Positions 23,445 through 37,179 of a stretch of 64,000 nt of DNA are shown piece by piece. The notes under the pieces were generated by a model. The model saw only the letters and a list, made by a program, of their open reading frames with translations, searched no databases and was not told the origin of the DNA. The position numbers and the translations under genes were made by a program. This DNA comes from Mobula hypostoma (Eukaryota), in NCBI RefSeq assembly GCF_963921235.1, contig NC_086101.1, positions 372,001 through 436,000 on the forward strand, in the 5' to 3' direction. Position 1 is the stretch's first letter, and every line of letters starts with the position of its first letter.

Positions 23445-24260
23445 TTATTTTGTGGGCATACACAGTTATTCCAAGAACCATAATAAGATAAATGAAATAT
23501 CGCACGCAACAGGATAAAAAAAAACAACTTTGTGCAAAAGACAACAACATTCCAATATGAAGGAAAAAATAAATAATAAATAACCAAGAAATAAATGTCA
23601 AGAACATGAGATGAAGAGCTGTTGATTGTGTCCATTGGTTGTGGGAACAGTTCAGTGATGGGGCAAGTTAATTTGAGTAAAATTAACCCCTCTTGTTCAG
23701 GATCCCGTTAGTTGAGTAATAATAACTGTTCCAGAACCTGGTGTTGAGGCTCATGCACCTTCTTCCTGAGGGCAGCGTTGAGAAGAGAGCATGGCCTGGG
23801 TGGTGGGGGTCTTTGATGATTGTTGCTGCTTTCAAGCCACAGCACTCCATGGAAATGTACTCAGTTGTGAAGATTGTTTTACCCGTGATGTACCGGTCGT
23901 ATCAACTATTTCTAGTAGGATATTCCGTTTAAAGGCCTTAGTATTTCCATACCAGGCCATGATGCAACCACTGAACATGCTCCCCACCACAGATCTGTCG
24001 AAGTTTGTCAAGGTTTTATATGTCATTCTGAATCCACATAAGCTTCTTAGCAAGGACAGACACTTCCTGCTGTCTTGTAATTGCACTTATGTCCCGCGCT
24101 CGGAACATATCCTCTGAAATGTTAATATTGTGGAATTTAAAGTTGCTGAACGTCTCCACCTTTGAGCCCCGATGACGATTGCCACGTGGACCTCCTGTTT
24201 CCTCCTCCAAAGTCCAGAATCAGTTCATTGCTCTTGCTGACATTGAATGAGAGGCTGCTT
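23445..24260 (-). mobile_element. Degraded Rex1/Babar-type LINE fragment
   Basis: ORF 23832..24086 (LLRSLCGF...LTNFDRSVVGSMFSGCIMAWYGN) and LNVSKxxELIxDF-like remnants. Confidence 0.65.
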
Positions 24261-24479
24261 TTAGACCATAAAACCATGAGATATAGAAGCAGAATTAGGC
24301 CATTTGGCCCATCGAAACTGCTCTGCCACTTCATCATGGTAAAACCATTTTTCCTCCGAGCCCCATTTTCCTGCCTTCTCACCGTATCCTTTCATACCCT
24401 GTCCAAACAAAAGTCTTCAACCTCTGCCTTTACAAAAGGAAAAGCAGCATCCATCATCAAGGCAAGGTGAGGCGAGGCA

Positions 24480-27400
24480 CCTCCGACTCTATACCCTTCC
24501 ATTTCTCTCCCAACCTCCTTCGCCACTCTCCTGCCTATAAACCTCGCTTTCACTCCCTACCTTTCTCTTTTTTCTCTCTCTCCTTTTCCCTTCTCCTCCC
24601 TTCCTTCTCTCTCCTTTCTCCCCACTCTCCCTTCTCGCCACTCACTCCCCTCTCTCAACTTTCTCAACTTTCTCTACTCTCTCTCATTTATCTCTCTGTC
24701 CTCTATCCTCTCTCTCCTTTTCCCTCTCATACTCTCTTCCCCTCTTCCACACTCTCTTCCCATAGTCCGCCCACTCTCTCTCCGTCTCTCCGAACTCTCT
24801 GCTTCCCTTTTCCTCCGCAGTATACCCCACTCTCCTACTCTTAAGCACTCTCTTCCCCTCTCGCTCTTTCTCTCTCACACCTCTCTTCCCTCACTCTCAT
24901 CTTCCTCTTCCTCCACCCTCCCCTCACCTCTCTCTCCCCTCTGTTTCTCCCTCTCCCTTTCTCCAACCTCTCCCCACTCGTCCCTTTTCTCCCCCTCTCC
25001 CCCTCTCTCCCCCACTCTCCCACTCCCCCGTCTCTTCCCGTCTCCCTCCCCTTTTACACCGCTTCTCTCAGAGGGTTAAACAGATGGTTTTATTTGGAAC
25101 TGAGTTGTCTGCTCGCTGTACTGACAATGAACAAGCATCTCAGTTAAAATAATGTGGAACATGAGGTCTTCAAGTCTTCATGCTTTGGATCGATGAGACC
25201 TTGAACATGCATATGTGAGCTATGATAGAACGTGATGAAGAACTTTCTGGAGATGAGCCACATGTGTCAACTGGCAAAGTAAAACATGATTGATAATGTT
25301 TTCAAGAATAAGCGGACTTACATCAATGTAAAATCCTGCCTATCCACATCTAATTAGGAAAGGGTTAATTTTAGTTTTGCAACTGACTCGCACCCTTAGA
25401 CAGGAAATGAAATGCCAGCTGTTTAAAAGTAGTATCAGTGTTGAATTTCTGCCTTCGGATCGGAAATGCAATTGTTTGTAATGACTTTCAGAGTCTCCAG
25501 GGCAGTCATTGGAAACCAGAGTCTCTGACCGACACAAAGGGGTTGAAACTTGTGACTGTACCAATGATCCTGTACTCTGTTTAAACGTGTTTAGCTGATC
25601 GTTCTTATCATTTGTTCCTTCATCAATTCCTTCACTCGTTGTTTTAGACTTGGGACTGTGTTTTTTTTATTTTATATAGTACTTCTCACTTACTGTAATC
25701 TAACAAACTATCCTGGGGCATCCTCGGAAAGTTCTTACTCCCCACTGATCGAATCCTCTCATCTTGCTGATCTCGGTCCTGAAGAGGGGTCTCGGTCCGA
25801 CAAGTCTACTCTTTATTATTTTCCATAGATGTTGCCTGACTCACTCAGTTCCTCCAGCATTTTGTGTGTGTTGTTCTCCGTTACAACTCCTCCTCTCTGC
25901 CCTTTGCTTGTCCCATTTGCTGCACGTCTCTCCCTTTCTCCATTCTTACTCATCTCTCCCACTGGCACTCACTCCGTCTCTCATCCCAACAGTCCATTGC
26001 AATCTCTCTCTCCCCTTTCTCTCTCTCTCTCATCTCTCCCTCTCTCTGTCTCTCACTCTCTCCCCCATCCTCTCTCTCACGTACACAATCCCCTCTGTTC
26101 CTCTCGGAATCACTCCCACACTCTCCTCCGCCCCAGCCCTCTCCATCTCTCCCACCTCCACTCTAGTTCACTCCTTCCTTTCTCTCTCTCTGCTTCCCTC
26201 CCTCTCTATCCCACCCCTGTTCTCTCTCTCCTGCTCTCCTTCTCTCGTTTCACCAACTTTCTCTTAAAATTATTCTCCCTCTCTGCCTCCCCACCCTCTA
26301 TCGCTGCTCACTTTCTTCCCCTCCACCTTCTTTCTTCCTTCCCTAGGTGCGTCTCTTCACCCTCTCTCACTGCACCCACTCGCCCTTCGTCCGCCTCGCT
26401 CATCCCACTCTCACCCGCTTCAACCTACCTACCCGCACTCTCCCATTCTTGCCCCTATATTCTACCCTTTGTATTTTAACATATCTCTCCCTCACTCTCT
26501 ATCGCTCCTCACCACTGTCACATCGGTCCTTCGGCCACCCGGAGACGGGGGAAGAGTTGGACCGAGGGAAGACGGAGATGGAGAGGGGGGAGTGAAACTG
26601 ACCGAGTCAGTAACTGATTGTATCTCGGCATTGGCCTCGTTCAGTGACGCCAGCTCCGCCTTGCTCCCCAGAATACATATCCGTCCCTCCACCCCACGTC
26701 TCTCTTGCCGATTGCCCTCCTCCTTTCCTCCATCCGTGCCTTTATAGTACAACGAGAGTGACAGAGAGAGAAGGGTGGGCAGAAAGAGAGAGAGAGAGAG
26801 GAGAGAGAGAGAGGGCAGGGAGAGGAAGAGGAAGAGGGGAGGGAGAGGGAGAGGAGAGGGAAAGGGAGAGCGTGAGAGTGAACCTCTTCTTCGGTCTGGT
26901 TCCATTCAGGCCTGTTTCTCCATCTTCTCCACTATCTGCTGCGTCTCAACTTCCCCCTAGCTCTTAGCCACTCTATATCTCGCTCCCTCGTAGTGTCCCT
27001 CCTCACTCGCCCCTGTCCCAACTCCCTCAACTGCGTTCCTCCCTCTTCCCATTGGCCCGCTTGTTCTCCTCGCCCTCTCTGTCTCTCTACGCTGATGGTG
27101 AATCAGAGTCACCAGAAGTTGAGTAAATCCTGCGGAAGCGACAGCAGATGAAGTCTTTTGTCCAGATGGGGAGGGTGCGGAAAAAACACAGCTATGTTTC
27201 ACATGAGCGATGCAGGATTCGGGAAGGTAGGGAGTAAGCAGAGGGTGAGGGGTTAGTGTGAGAGTAGTGTAAGGCGGAGGGAGTCGGGAGTAATGGAGGA
27301 GAGTGATGGGGAGAGGTAGTGGTGCTTGAGATGAGAGAGGAGAAGCGGAGGGAGACTAGAGAGAGGAAGGTGAGAGACAGAAAAGTGAGAGAGAAGGTGA

Positions 27401-28873
27401 GATTCGGAGAAAGCTCATAAATACACCCTTCAGTCCATCTGGACAGTTCCAGCCATATTCACAGAGCAAGTGCTATTTGCACACGGTTGGAATTTACTCC
27501 TATAATCCTTCTCCATCCGCGAGTCGGATAGGAGCTGGAGAGCTTTATGACTTGGTATCAAGTCACAACACTCCCCACCCCTCCATTTCACCAATACAAT
27601 GGAGCTGGTGACTGACAACAGGAAGTCAGCCGGGGCGATGCACATATTCCTGTTTACATCAACGGGAGAGGACGAGAGGGTTGACAGCTCCAATTTCCTG
27701 AGAGTGAGCACCACTAAGAGCCTCTCCTTGTCCAGCCCCACGGACACCATCGCTAACAAAGCTCAGCGGTTTCTCTGCTTCTTCGAGAGACTGAAGAAAA
27801 TCAGCGCCTCCTGGACGATTATCGTCTATTTTTACAGAATACATCCAGTGCGGAAACGAGTCGTGTGGTTAAGGCAACAGCACCGCCCACCACCGGAAAC
27901 ATTGCAGAGAGTTGTGAACAACTTCAGTAAATCATGGAAACCGTGGACACTGTTTACACACCTCTCTGCCTCAATAAAACAGTCCATATTATTGAAGACC
28001 CCACACACGTTGAACATTCTGAGTTCCTGAGAGATGGACCACTAACTTCACAAATACCTAATGCAGTGTTGTGATTAATTGGCCTGTATGATTCGTTAAT
28101 TTAATTAATTTTCCCCCTACATTTCACGACCCCGCACTCTCAGTCTCGAGGTGATGAATTGATCTTTATGGACGAGATGCGAATCAACATTTATCACTGT
28201 GCCTTGATTTATTGAAAGCAAATGTCTCAATTTACGCTCACCTCTCCTCTCCTCTCCTCTGCTCTCCTCTGCTCTCCTCTCCTCTCCTCTCCTCTGCTCT
28301 GCTCTCCTCTCCTCTCTCTCTCTTCTCATTCTCTGCGCCTGTCACTTTGTCTCTCTCTGTCTCTCTCTCTCTTGTCTCTCCCTCTCTCTCTTCCCTCTCT
28401 TTTTCCCGTCTCTTTACCCTTCTCTTTCCCCTCTCTCTTCCCCCTCTTCTCCACACCCCTCCGCCACCTGTTCTGTCGCACACTAAACGGAAACAAACTG
28501 GCCTCTCCCGGAGACCACACGCCTTTATCTTCTGAGAGAACATTGATTCTTTCCAACCAACGAGAAATTATACGACATCTGTAATCCACTGAGCGTGTGA
28601 AACAGTCATCACGGTGCGGGGTGGGGGAGCGGTGCTGGTTTGGACGGGTGAGTGGCGGAGACAGCAAGCTACAGGAAAGGGGGAATTGTGGAGATGACAA
28701 GAGGTGAGTGAAAGGCTGGGCATAATTGAGTAAGAGACAATAAGGGAAAGATGCAGGGCAGTGACTGTGCAGGGAAGAATGTGTGGAGAAAGAGTGGGAG
28801 AGTGTGAAAGAGAACAGATGAGGAAAAGCGAGGTGACAGAGAAAATGAGGAAATGTATATGTATAGAGACAGT

Positions 28874-28904
<31 letters not shown>

Positions 28905-29560
28905 TGAGAAGAGAGTTAGGGGAGAGAAGGGGGTGGGGTGGGGAAAGAGGCACAGAGAGAGAAAGGACAGTGGAGCAGAGTGGATATCCTGGAAAGGGGT
29001 TTGGAAGAGGGTGGGGGGAACAAGGTGTAAGAAGTGAAGGAAAAAAGAGAAAGAGAAAGGGGGACAAAGAGTGATAGATGAACGATCCGAGATAAACAGC
29101 GACGGGGAAGAGAGGGTAAGAGACGCGGGGAGGGAAGGGCGAGAGCGGATTGAGGGGAACTGGGGAGAGAGGAGCAGAGAGAGTGGAAGCGATGAAGAGG
29201 AAGAGACGAGTGTAGGTGAAGGGAGGGGGAAGAGAGAGTAGGAGGCAGTGGGAGACAGAGAGTGGGAAAGAGACAGTGGGAGACAACAGACAGAGAGAAA
29301 GAGAGGGCGAGGAAACGGGGACAGGAAGTGGAGATAGTGGAAAGGGGTGCGGAGACAGCTTGGGACAAAGTGGAAGAAGTGGCGATTTTTTTTTGTTTGC
29401 GGGATGAAGGACAATAGGAGGATGGAGATAACCTGTGTGTGTGCGTGAGAGAGGAAAAGAGAGAGTGGAAGAAACGCAGGGAACGAGAGATACAGAACGG
29501 AACAAACGATGGAGAGAGAGGTAGAGAACGGAAGTGAATGTGGAGTCGGAGAAACTCGGT
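24480..29560. repeat. Alternating polypyrimidine/polypurine low-complexity tracts
   Basis: CT-rich at 24480-25070, 25880-26520, 26960-27090 and 28240-28480; GA-rich at 26755-26880, 27225-27410 and 28670-29560; includes (CTCCT)n and (AG)n. Confidence 0.9.
27540..28030 (+). mobile_element. Degraded Rex1/Babar-type LINE fragment
   Basis: MELVTDNRK...ERVDSSNFLRV...KAQRFLCFFERLKK resembles the Rex1 KTKELxxDFR...KAQQRLYFLRRLKK region. Confidence 0.55.
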
Positions 29561-30319
29561 GAATGACATGACCTCATGGAGTACCGGGACACAGGTAAAT
29601 ACTGATAGGGAGGGCGGTGAAGGAGCCGGATGTAGTGAGCCGGACGTCACATGACAGCAGTATCGGTGAGACGGCACTGGCAGCGGCTGTGCGGTTCTGG
29701 TCTCCCAGCAACAGGAAGACTGAGATAAAGCCAGAGAGGGCGCAGAAAAAATTCACGGGGAATGTTTGGACAACCGAGGAAGATCCCCCGAACCTCGGAA
29801 TGTTTTGAAGTAGTGATTAATCTAGCGAAGCCTAATACTAATCCCTTTTTCCTAAACAATGTATAGATGCCTCCGTTCCCCCTGCACATGTGTCTGTGAA
29901 AAGGCCTCTTAAAAACCCTTATTGAATTGATCTCCGCCAGTAGCCACTGCAGCACATTCCAGACACGCAGAGCGCTCTGCATAAAAAGAAACTTGTGCCG
30001 CACGTTGTCTTTGAACTGCCCCACAATCACCTTGGAATCAGGTCCTCTGGTAATAGAGATTATCACCTCGTGAGCAAACGATGTCGGTTCTCTTCTTTCA
30101 GATCTCTCTCTCAGCCTCAGTCAGCCTCAGGTCTCCCCTCAGCCCCTATCGCTACAGAGGAAACAACTGAATTCTCTCCAACCTTTAATTCCCTCTGTTC
30201 CATGAGGCAACCCCTCCGTTTCCAGAACATTAGTTCTCAGACGATCCTCCCTCCGCGGTAACAGGGTTAGAGCTCCTCCTGTTGTTAACTAAGGACCCAT
30301 AGTTCTGTGGTGACAACAG

Positions 30320-32320
30320 AGACACCCGGATGGTAAGATGTGTCCAGGTGCTAGGGACAGGGATGTCTCCGATTATGTCCCTGGTATTCTAAAGGGGGAG
30401 GCTGAGCAACCAGAAGTGTTGGTACATATTGGCACCAATGACAGGTAGAAAAAGGTGAGCAGGTCTTCAAGAGAAATTTTGGGAGCGAGGTAAGGGGTTT
30501 GGGAACCGATGAGCTACCATCGAGAATGAGGTAGTTGGTTTGTAAACAGAGACACAGAGACAATATGTTGTGAGACTGCTGACAATCAGAGGCTGCTGAC
30601 AGGGCAACCTGGCAGTCAACGGGATGAGTTACAATGTAAAAGACGCACAGAATCTAAAAGACTGAATACAGGACTGAAGGTTTTACATTTGAATGCGCGC
30701 ATTATACGAACTGACATAGAAGAGTTACAGATTAGCATACATGAAGTTGTGGGCATCACTGAAAGCGTGGCTCTGTTAGTAAACATAATAAAATCAAACC
30801 ATCAGAAAGAGCTGACATTGGGTCGGAAGGTGCTCAGTCGTTGTGGGTAGAGCTAAGGAACTGCCAGTGCAAAGAAAACCCCGGTGAGAAGTATGTACAG
30901 ACCCCGCCCCCCCCCCCAAATTGTAGTAAGCATATAGTCTACAAACTACAACGGGAGATCGAAAATGCATGTCAGAAGGTCAACGTTACTATAGTCATGT
31001 GGGATAGAGATAGATTGGGAAAACCCGATTGGCGCTGGATGCCCTGAGGTGAATTTCTAGAATGCCTGCGAGGTGGCTTTGGAGAGCAGCTCGTGGTTGA
31101 GCCCACTAAGGGATCTGTTATTCTGCATAGGGTGTGATGCAATGAACCGGGATTGAATTTGCAATTTGATAAGGAGAAACTAAATGTAGATGCAGTGTTG
31201 CGGTGGAATGATGGAAACTGCAGAGGCATGAGAGAGGAGCTGGCCAAAAGTGATTGGAAAAGACCAATGACACCGATAACGTCAAAGCAACAATGGCTGG
31301 AATGTCTGGAAGGAATTCAGAAAGCGCAGGATATACATATCCCCAAGAGGAAGAAGTATTCAAAAGGCAAGATAGTCCATAAGACCATAACATACAGTAA
31401 CAGAAATAGGACATTTGGCCCATCGACTCCGCCTCACCATATCACCATATCATCCTGGTTGATCTAATTTTCCTCTCAGACCCAATCTCTTGTCTTCTAC
31501 CCGTATCCCTTCATGCCCTGAACAATGACTAATATATCACGTTCTGTATTAAATGTCCAAAGAGACTTGGCCTCCACAGTTGCCCATGGCAAAGAGTTCG
31601 ATAGATTCACCACACTGGCTGAAGAAATTCCTCCTCATCTCCGTTCTAACAGGATGCCCTCTGTTATGGGTCATCCGGTCTTAGACTCACCGACCACAGG
31701 AAAAATCCTGCCCAAATCCACTCTATCAAGGCTCCTCAACATTGGATAGGTTTCAATGAGCTCACCCCTTTTTTTCTGAATTCTGGCCCAGAGACATCAA
31801 TGGTAATCACCTCTGTTCATGCCCTCTGCAGATTTTGCTACAAAGCCATCAAATACGTCATCCAAGTCACTGTCATATAGCATAGAATAATCGGTCCCAT
31901 CACAGACCCCTGTGGAACACCACTGGACATCTGAAGCCAGACAAAAATGTTCCCATTTATTCACACGTTCTGCCTCCTGTCAATCAGCCACTGCTTCATC
32001 TGTGCTAGACTCTTTTCTGTAATATCATGAACTCGTAGCTTGTTAAGCAGCCTCATGTGTGCCACCTTTTCATAGGCCTAAAATTCAAAGTACACAGCAT
32101 CAAACGATTATCCTTTGTCTATCCCGCTTATTAATTCTTCAATGAATTTCAACAGATTTGTCAATAAACCATGCTGACTATGGCCCTTTTATCATTTGCC
32201 CAAAGTACCCTGAGTCATCATCCTTAATAATTGATTCCAACATCTTTCTAAACACTGTCAGACCAACTGTCCTTTAGTTTCCTTTCCTCTGCCTCTCTCG
32301 CTTCTTGAAGGGTGGAATGA
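30320..32320. mobile_element. Old CR1 fragments: + strand ORF1/APE remnant (30320-31380) abutting - strand RT/3' remnants (31380-32320)
   Basis: PGAR..DVSD...QPEV.VHIGTND esterase remnant, WVELRN (APE), MREELAKSDW; a CR1 tail and RT fragments lie on the opposite strand. Confidence 0.7.
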
Positions 32321-32329
32321 CACTGTTGT

Positions 32330-35300
32330 ACTCCCCTTTCTCCGGAATCCCTCTTCCACACAACACTGTTCCTTATTCTTCACCAATTCCCTATTCTTTC
32401 TTATCTCTCTTCATCTCTTCACGCTGTCTTCTCCCTCTTTCACTCCCCACTCTCCCTTCTCTCTCTCTCCCTCTCTCTCTCTCCCTACACTCCCTTTTTG
32501 CTACCTCGTCTGTTCCGTCTCGCACCGCTCCCTCTCTTCTCTGCCTCACATACTCACTCTCCGTTTCTCTCCCGGACCCCACACTCCCTTCTCTCTTCTA
32601 CTCCCCTCTCTCCCTGTTCTCTCTCCCAGGCCCCACTCTCCCGTCTTCCTTCTTCCCACTCTCACTTCGTTTTTCTGCCACTCCCCACTTACCTTTCTCT
32701 CTCCCACTCTCCATTCGCCCTTCTCACTCTCCCAATCCCCACATTTCCCACTCCCTGACGCACCCCGTACCCTTCCTTCTCTCCCATACACCCCCCCGTC
32801 TCTCTCGCTTCTCACTCTCCCTTCTTTCTCTCAAACCGCAAAAGATTCCTTCTCTCTCTTCCCCTCCCTATCCACACGGTGTTCTCTTCCGCTCCATGTT
32901 CTACTTTCTCTCTCTGCACCTGGTCCCTCTCTCTCACACTCTCAACCCCTTCCCTCTCTCACATTACCCGCTCCCCCTTCTTTCTCTATCATTCCACACT
33001 GCCCCTTCTCCGTGTCTCCAGCTCCCCACGATGCCCTCCCTCTCACCAACTGCCCAACCACCCTCAGTCTTCCTCTCTCTTTCCTACTCCTCACACTTCA
33101 TTCTCTCTCTCCGTTTTCTGTACGCAATCCTCACTTTCCCACTCTCCGCTCTCCTGACTCTGTTTCCCACTGCCCGCACTCGCTTTTCTTTCTCACATGT
33201 ACACTGTCCGATTTCTCTCACTTTTCCCACTCTCCCTCATTTCTTCTCATACTCGTTAATCTGCCATCTCTCTTTCACACTCTCTACCCTTCCTCCTCTC
33301 CCCTACTCCCCACTCTCCCTTCCCTTTCTCTCACTCTACCCTTTTTCTCTCTCCCAGTCCACACTCTTCCTTCGGTTCTTTATTACCCACTCTCATCTCC
33401 CTCCCCTACTTTCTCTTCTGTGTCTCACACACGCTTCTCCCATCTCTCTCTGCCAAACTCCATTCGTGCTTCCCCCAACATTGCTTTCTCTTTCCCAATG
33501 AACAATATAAATTCCCTTTCCCCGACTCCGCACTCTCCCTTATCTCTTTCTCTCTCCTCTCTCTTAATTGACTCTCTCCACCGGCCAGGCCATCCCATCT
33601 TCGTCACCCACTACCCACTCTTCCTTCTTTCTCTCCCCACTCTCCTTCTCACTCTCCCACACACAATCCTTTTACTCTGTCAACCACCACTCTCCTCTCT
33701 CCTTGATCTCCTATTCGCCGTCTCTCACTCCCACTCCACCCTCTCCTTATTCCCTTCTACACGGCAAACTCCCTTCTCTCTCTCTTATCCTCACTCTCCG
33801 TTCTCTCTCCTGTACCCACACTCCTTCATACTCTCTTTTCCCCAATCTCCCATTTCTCCCTCTCACTCCCAACTCTTGTTTTTTTCTCTCCACCTCCGCG
33901 CTGTCTTCTTTCTGTCTTCCGTACCCCTTCCCTTCTTCATCTCACTTTCCCGTTCTCCTGTCTCCCTCCCACTCCCCACTATGCTCTCCTTGTCTTCCAC
34001 TGCCGAATCGCACTTCCCTCTCTCCTGCTCAACTCTTCCTCTTCCTTCTCTCTTTTCCCACTCTCAATATACTCTCTAGTACTCCATGCCTCCCCTCTCT
34101 CAAACTCACTCCACCCTCCCTTGTCCTCCACCGTCGCCCACACTCCGCACATCTTTCGTTCTCCCTCTCTTCACGCTCGCATCTCCATCTCCCTCTCCCT
34201 ACTACATTCTCTCTGCCACTCATGTTTTCGCTCCTCCACTCACCAATTCCAACTCTTCCTTCTCTCATTCCCACTCCCTACCTTCGCTCTTGTCTCTTCT
34301 AACTCCCAATCACCACTCCTCTCTTCGTCTCACCATTGTCCCTTATCCCTCTACAACCCTCCCCCGCTCACCCCTCAGTCTCTCCCACACCTCACTGCCC
34401 TCTGTCCGTTTTCTCTCTATCTGCACACTTTTCCTCCCTTTCCGCTCTCCCACTCTCCGCTCTCTGATGCTCTCCCCACTCTCACTTGTCTGCCTCTCAA
34501 CCTTCATTCTCCCTTTTATCCCCCCCACACCTCACACACCCTTCGCTCTCCCATTTCCCACTCTCCCTGTTAAATTCCACACCCGCCTCTCTCTCTCACT
34601 CCACGATGTCCATTCTCTCTCCCTTCCCATTGTCTTTCTCTCTCCCCCACTCCCCACTCTCCGTTCTGTCTCCCCCTCACCACTCTCCTCTCTCCCCCAC
34701 TCCCCACCCTCCCTTCTCTCTCTCCCCTCATCACTCTCCTCTCTCCCCCACTCCCCACTCTCCCTTCTGTCTCCCCCTCACCACTCTCCTTTCTCCCCCT
34801 CTCCCCACTCTCCCTTCTCTCTCTCCCCGTCACCACTCTCCTCTCTCGGCCGCTCCCCACTGTTCCTTCTCACTCACTCACCCACGCACCACCCTCATTT
34901 CTCTCCCCCCCCCCCCGCTCCGCTCCCCACTCTCCCTTCTCTTTCTCCGGCTCCCCACTCTCTAGTCTCTCTCCCACAGCTTGCAACCACTTCTCTCTCC
35001 TACTCCCCATTGTCCCTTCCTTCTGTCCGAGTGCCTTATTACCTTCTCTCTCACACACTCGCTCTCAGATTTATCACTTCCTTTCCCTACCCACTCTCTG
35101 AATTCTCTTTCGCATTTCCGACTCACTCCTCGCTGACCCAGGCCGACGCTCGTTTATTTCTTTCCCACGCCCATTCTCCCTCTATCTTCCAATTTCCACT
35201 TTTCCCTGTTACCTACCGACGTCCCTTTTTCTCTCCCACACAATCATATCTCCCAACTTTCTGTCCCAATCTCTCTCCCACTCTCCCCTAACTTACCTTT

Positions 35301-36305
35301 CTCCGACTCTCCACACTCCCTCTTTCTCCCCCATTGCACATTCTGCTGTATCACTTTCAAACTCCTCACTCTCCCATCTCTCTCACACACTTCCTACTCT
35401 TCATTCTATCTCACCCACTCCCACCAACCCTTCGTTCTTCCTCTTTGGAGTCCACCTCCTCTCTCTGCCTTAACTTCTCCGAGTCCCCACTCTCCCTTTT
35501 TCCCCAACCATCTCTCTTCCTTCCCTGCCTCCACTCCCAATTCCCCCTCTTTTTTCTTCCTCCCCACTCTCCTCCTCTCTCCACACACCGCACTCTCCCT
35601 TCCCTCTCCCCACTCCCCACCATCCTTTCTATCTCTCCAACTTCCCAATCTCACTTCTCTGTCTCCCACTTCCAACTCTACATTCTCTGTGCCAATCCCT
35701 ACCCTGCATTGTCTCTCTCCCACTTACCGTCACCAAAATCTTACTCTTCCCCACAGCCTACCCTCCATTCTCGTCTCATTTCTCACCTACCCCTTCCATC
35801 TTTCCCATTACCCACAGTCCGTTCACTTTACCTCACTCGACCACCTTCTGTCTTTCCCACTCCCACTCCCCACTCTCCCTTATCTCTCTCCCACTTCCCA
35901 TTCCCACTTTCTCTCCCAGCCCGCTTTTCTTCACTCTCTACCTCCTCCTATTCCACTTTTCTGTCCCGCATTCTCTTTCCAAATCCCCACCCTGCCTTCT
36001 CTCCCACTACCTACTCTCGGTTCTCCGTCTCTCATTCTAATCTTTTTTTCTATCCCATATTCCCACTCTCCTTTTTCTCTCTCAATCCGCACTCTCTCTT
36101 CTTCCTCTCCAACTCCATTCCCCATTCCCCTTTCTTTCCCCTTCCCTTCACTCTAACCCCTCTAAAACTCCTCGACTCTCTACCCCACATTTAATCATTC
36201 TCCATTCGCCTCTGTTTCCATTCCCACTTTCACTCTCTCTATCCCTTTCACTATCCAGTTGTCTTTGGTTTCCCTTTTCTTCATCGCATTCCTCTCCTTC
36301 CCTGA
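32330..36305. repeat. ~4-kb polypyrimidine (CT-rich, G-poor) tract with recurrent CCCACTCTC(C) motifs
   Basis: Near-continuous C/T-rich + strand with a local ~49-bp tandem substructure at ~34665-34850. All ORFs here are S/L/P-rich artefacts. Confidence 0.92.
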
Positions 36306-37179
36306 TTTTAACAATGGTGCACGCAGACATATATGAACACCTCCTTTTCTACGAACATGTTCCCTGAACTGCTGCGCATACTGGGCGTACATTTCTAAGT
36401 GGGAATTTCGGACAGTCTGGCCTTTTCTTGCTGAATGCATATGGAATGGAGACAGGGGAGGCAGATGGAATGGAGTCTGTGTGTGGGAGGGAGAGGGGAT
36501 AAAGTGTGCGTGGAAGACAGGAAGGAGAGCGAGGATCTGTGAGAGATCTGCAGAGAAACACAGAATATTCTGGAGGAACTCAGCAGGCCAGTGAGTATCC
36601 ATGGAAAAGAGTAAACAGTTGATATTTCGGGCTGAAACAACGACTTCGTAACATGAAGAACATTCAATCATGAAAAACAATTTTTCTCAACGGACACGTG
36701 TAATACCGGCACATGTGAAATAGAGGACTCAAATTCGTTTTATGCAGGGGTGGACGGTTTGATGTGAGTGGATAAAACATTAAATATTCCAGAGGGTACA
36801 GAGGTACAATTCCGATGTAATAAAATCCGGAAGTGGAATTGTTTAATAACCCAGAGGGGATAGTTATTAGTCAGTTTTTAGGCCTAATTATTGAGCTACC
36901 TTCAGCTGATGATGGCCACACTGCGATTAAAGTTCAGTGGGATCTCACTCATGTGAATACCGATTGGGTAGTGATGTATACAAAAGATATATCGATTGGG
37001 GTGGCCACATTAAACATTTCTCAATGATTGTTTCTATTGTTATAAACTGTCCACAGGAGGATGTGGTACTCGGGAAGAGTAGAATGAAAAGGACACGAGA
37101 AAAAGTGTCAGTCAGTGCCCAGGTCCTTTCAGGGTTTTCGAAACGAATACGAAATTGACCATTCCATAACCCCAACGAA

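Noticed and set aside
25075..25620. Unique-looking sequence with coding-like fragments (VMKNFLEMSHMCQLAK...)
   Set aside because: Stops in all frames and no recognisable domain; cannot be assigned without a search.
24467..36194. Long Ser/Leu/Pro- or Arg/Glu/Gly-rich ORFs (up to ~400 aa)
   Set aside because: Artefacts of CT/GA low complexity that lacks stop codons; they are open in several frames at once.
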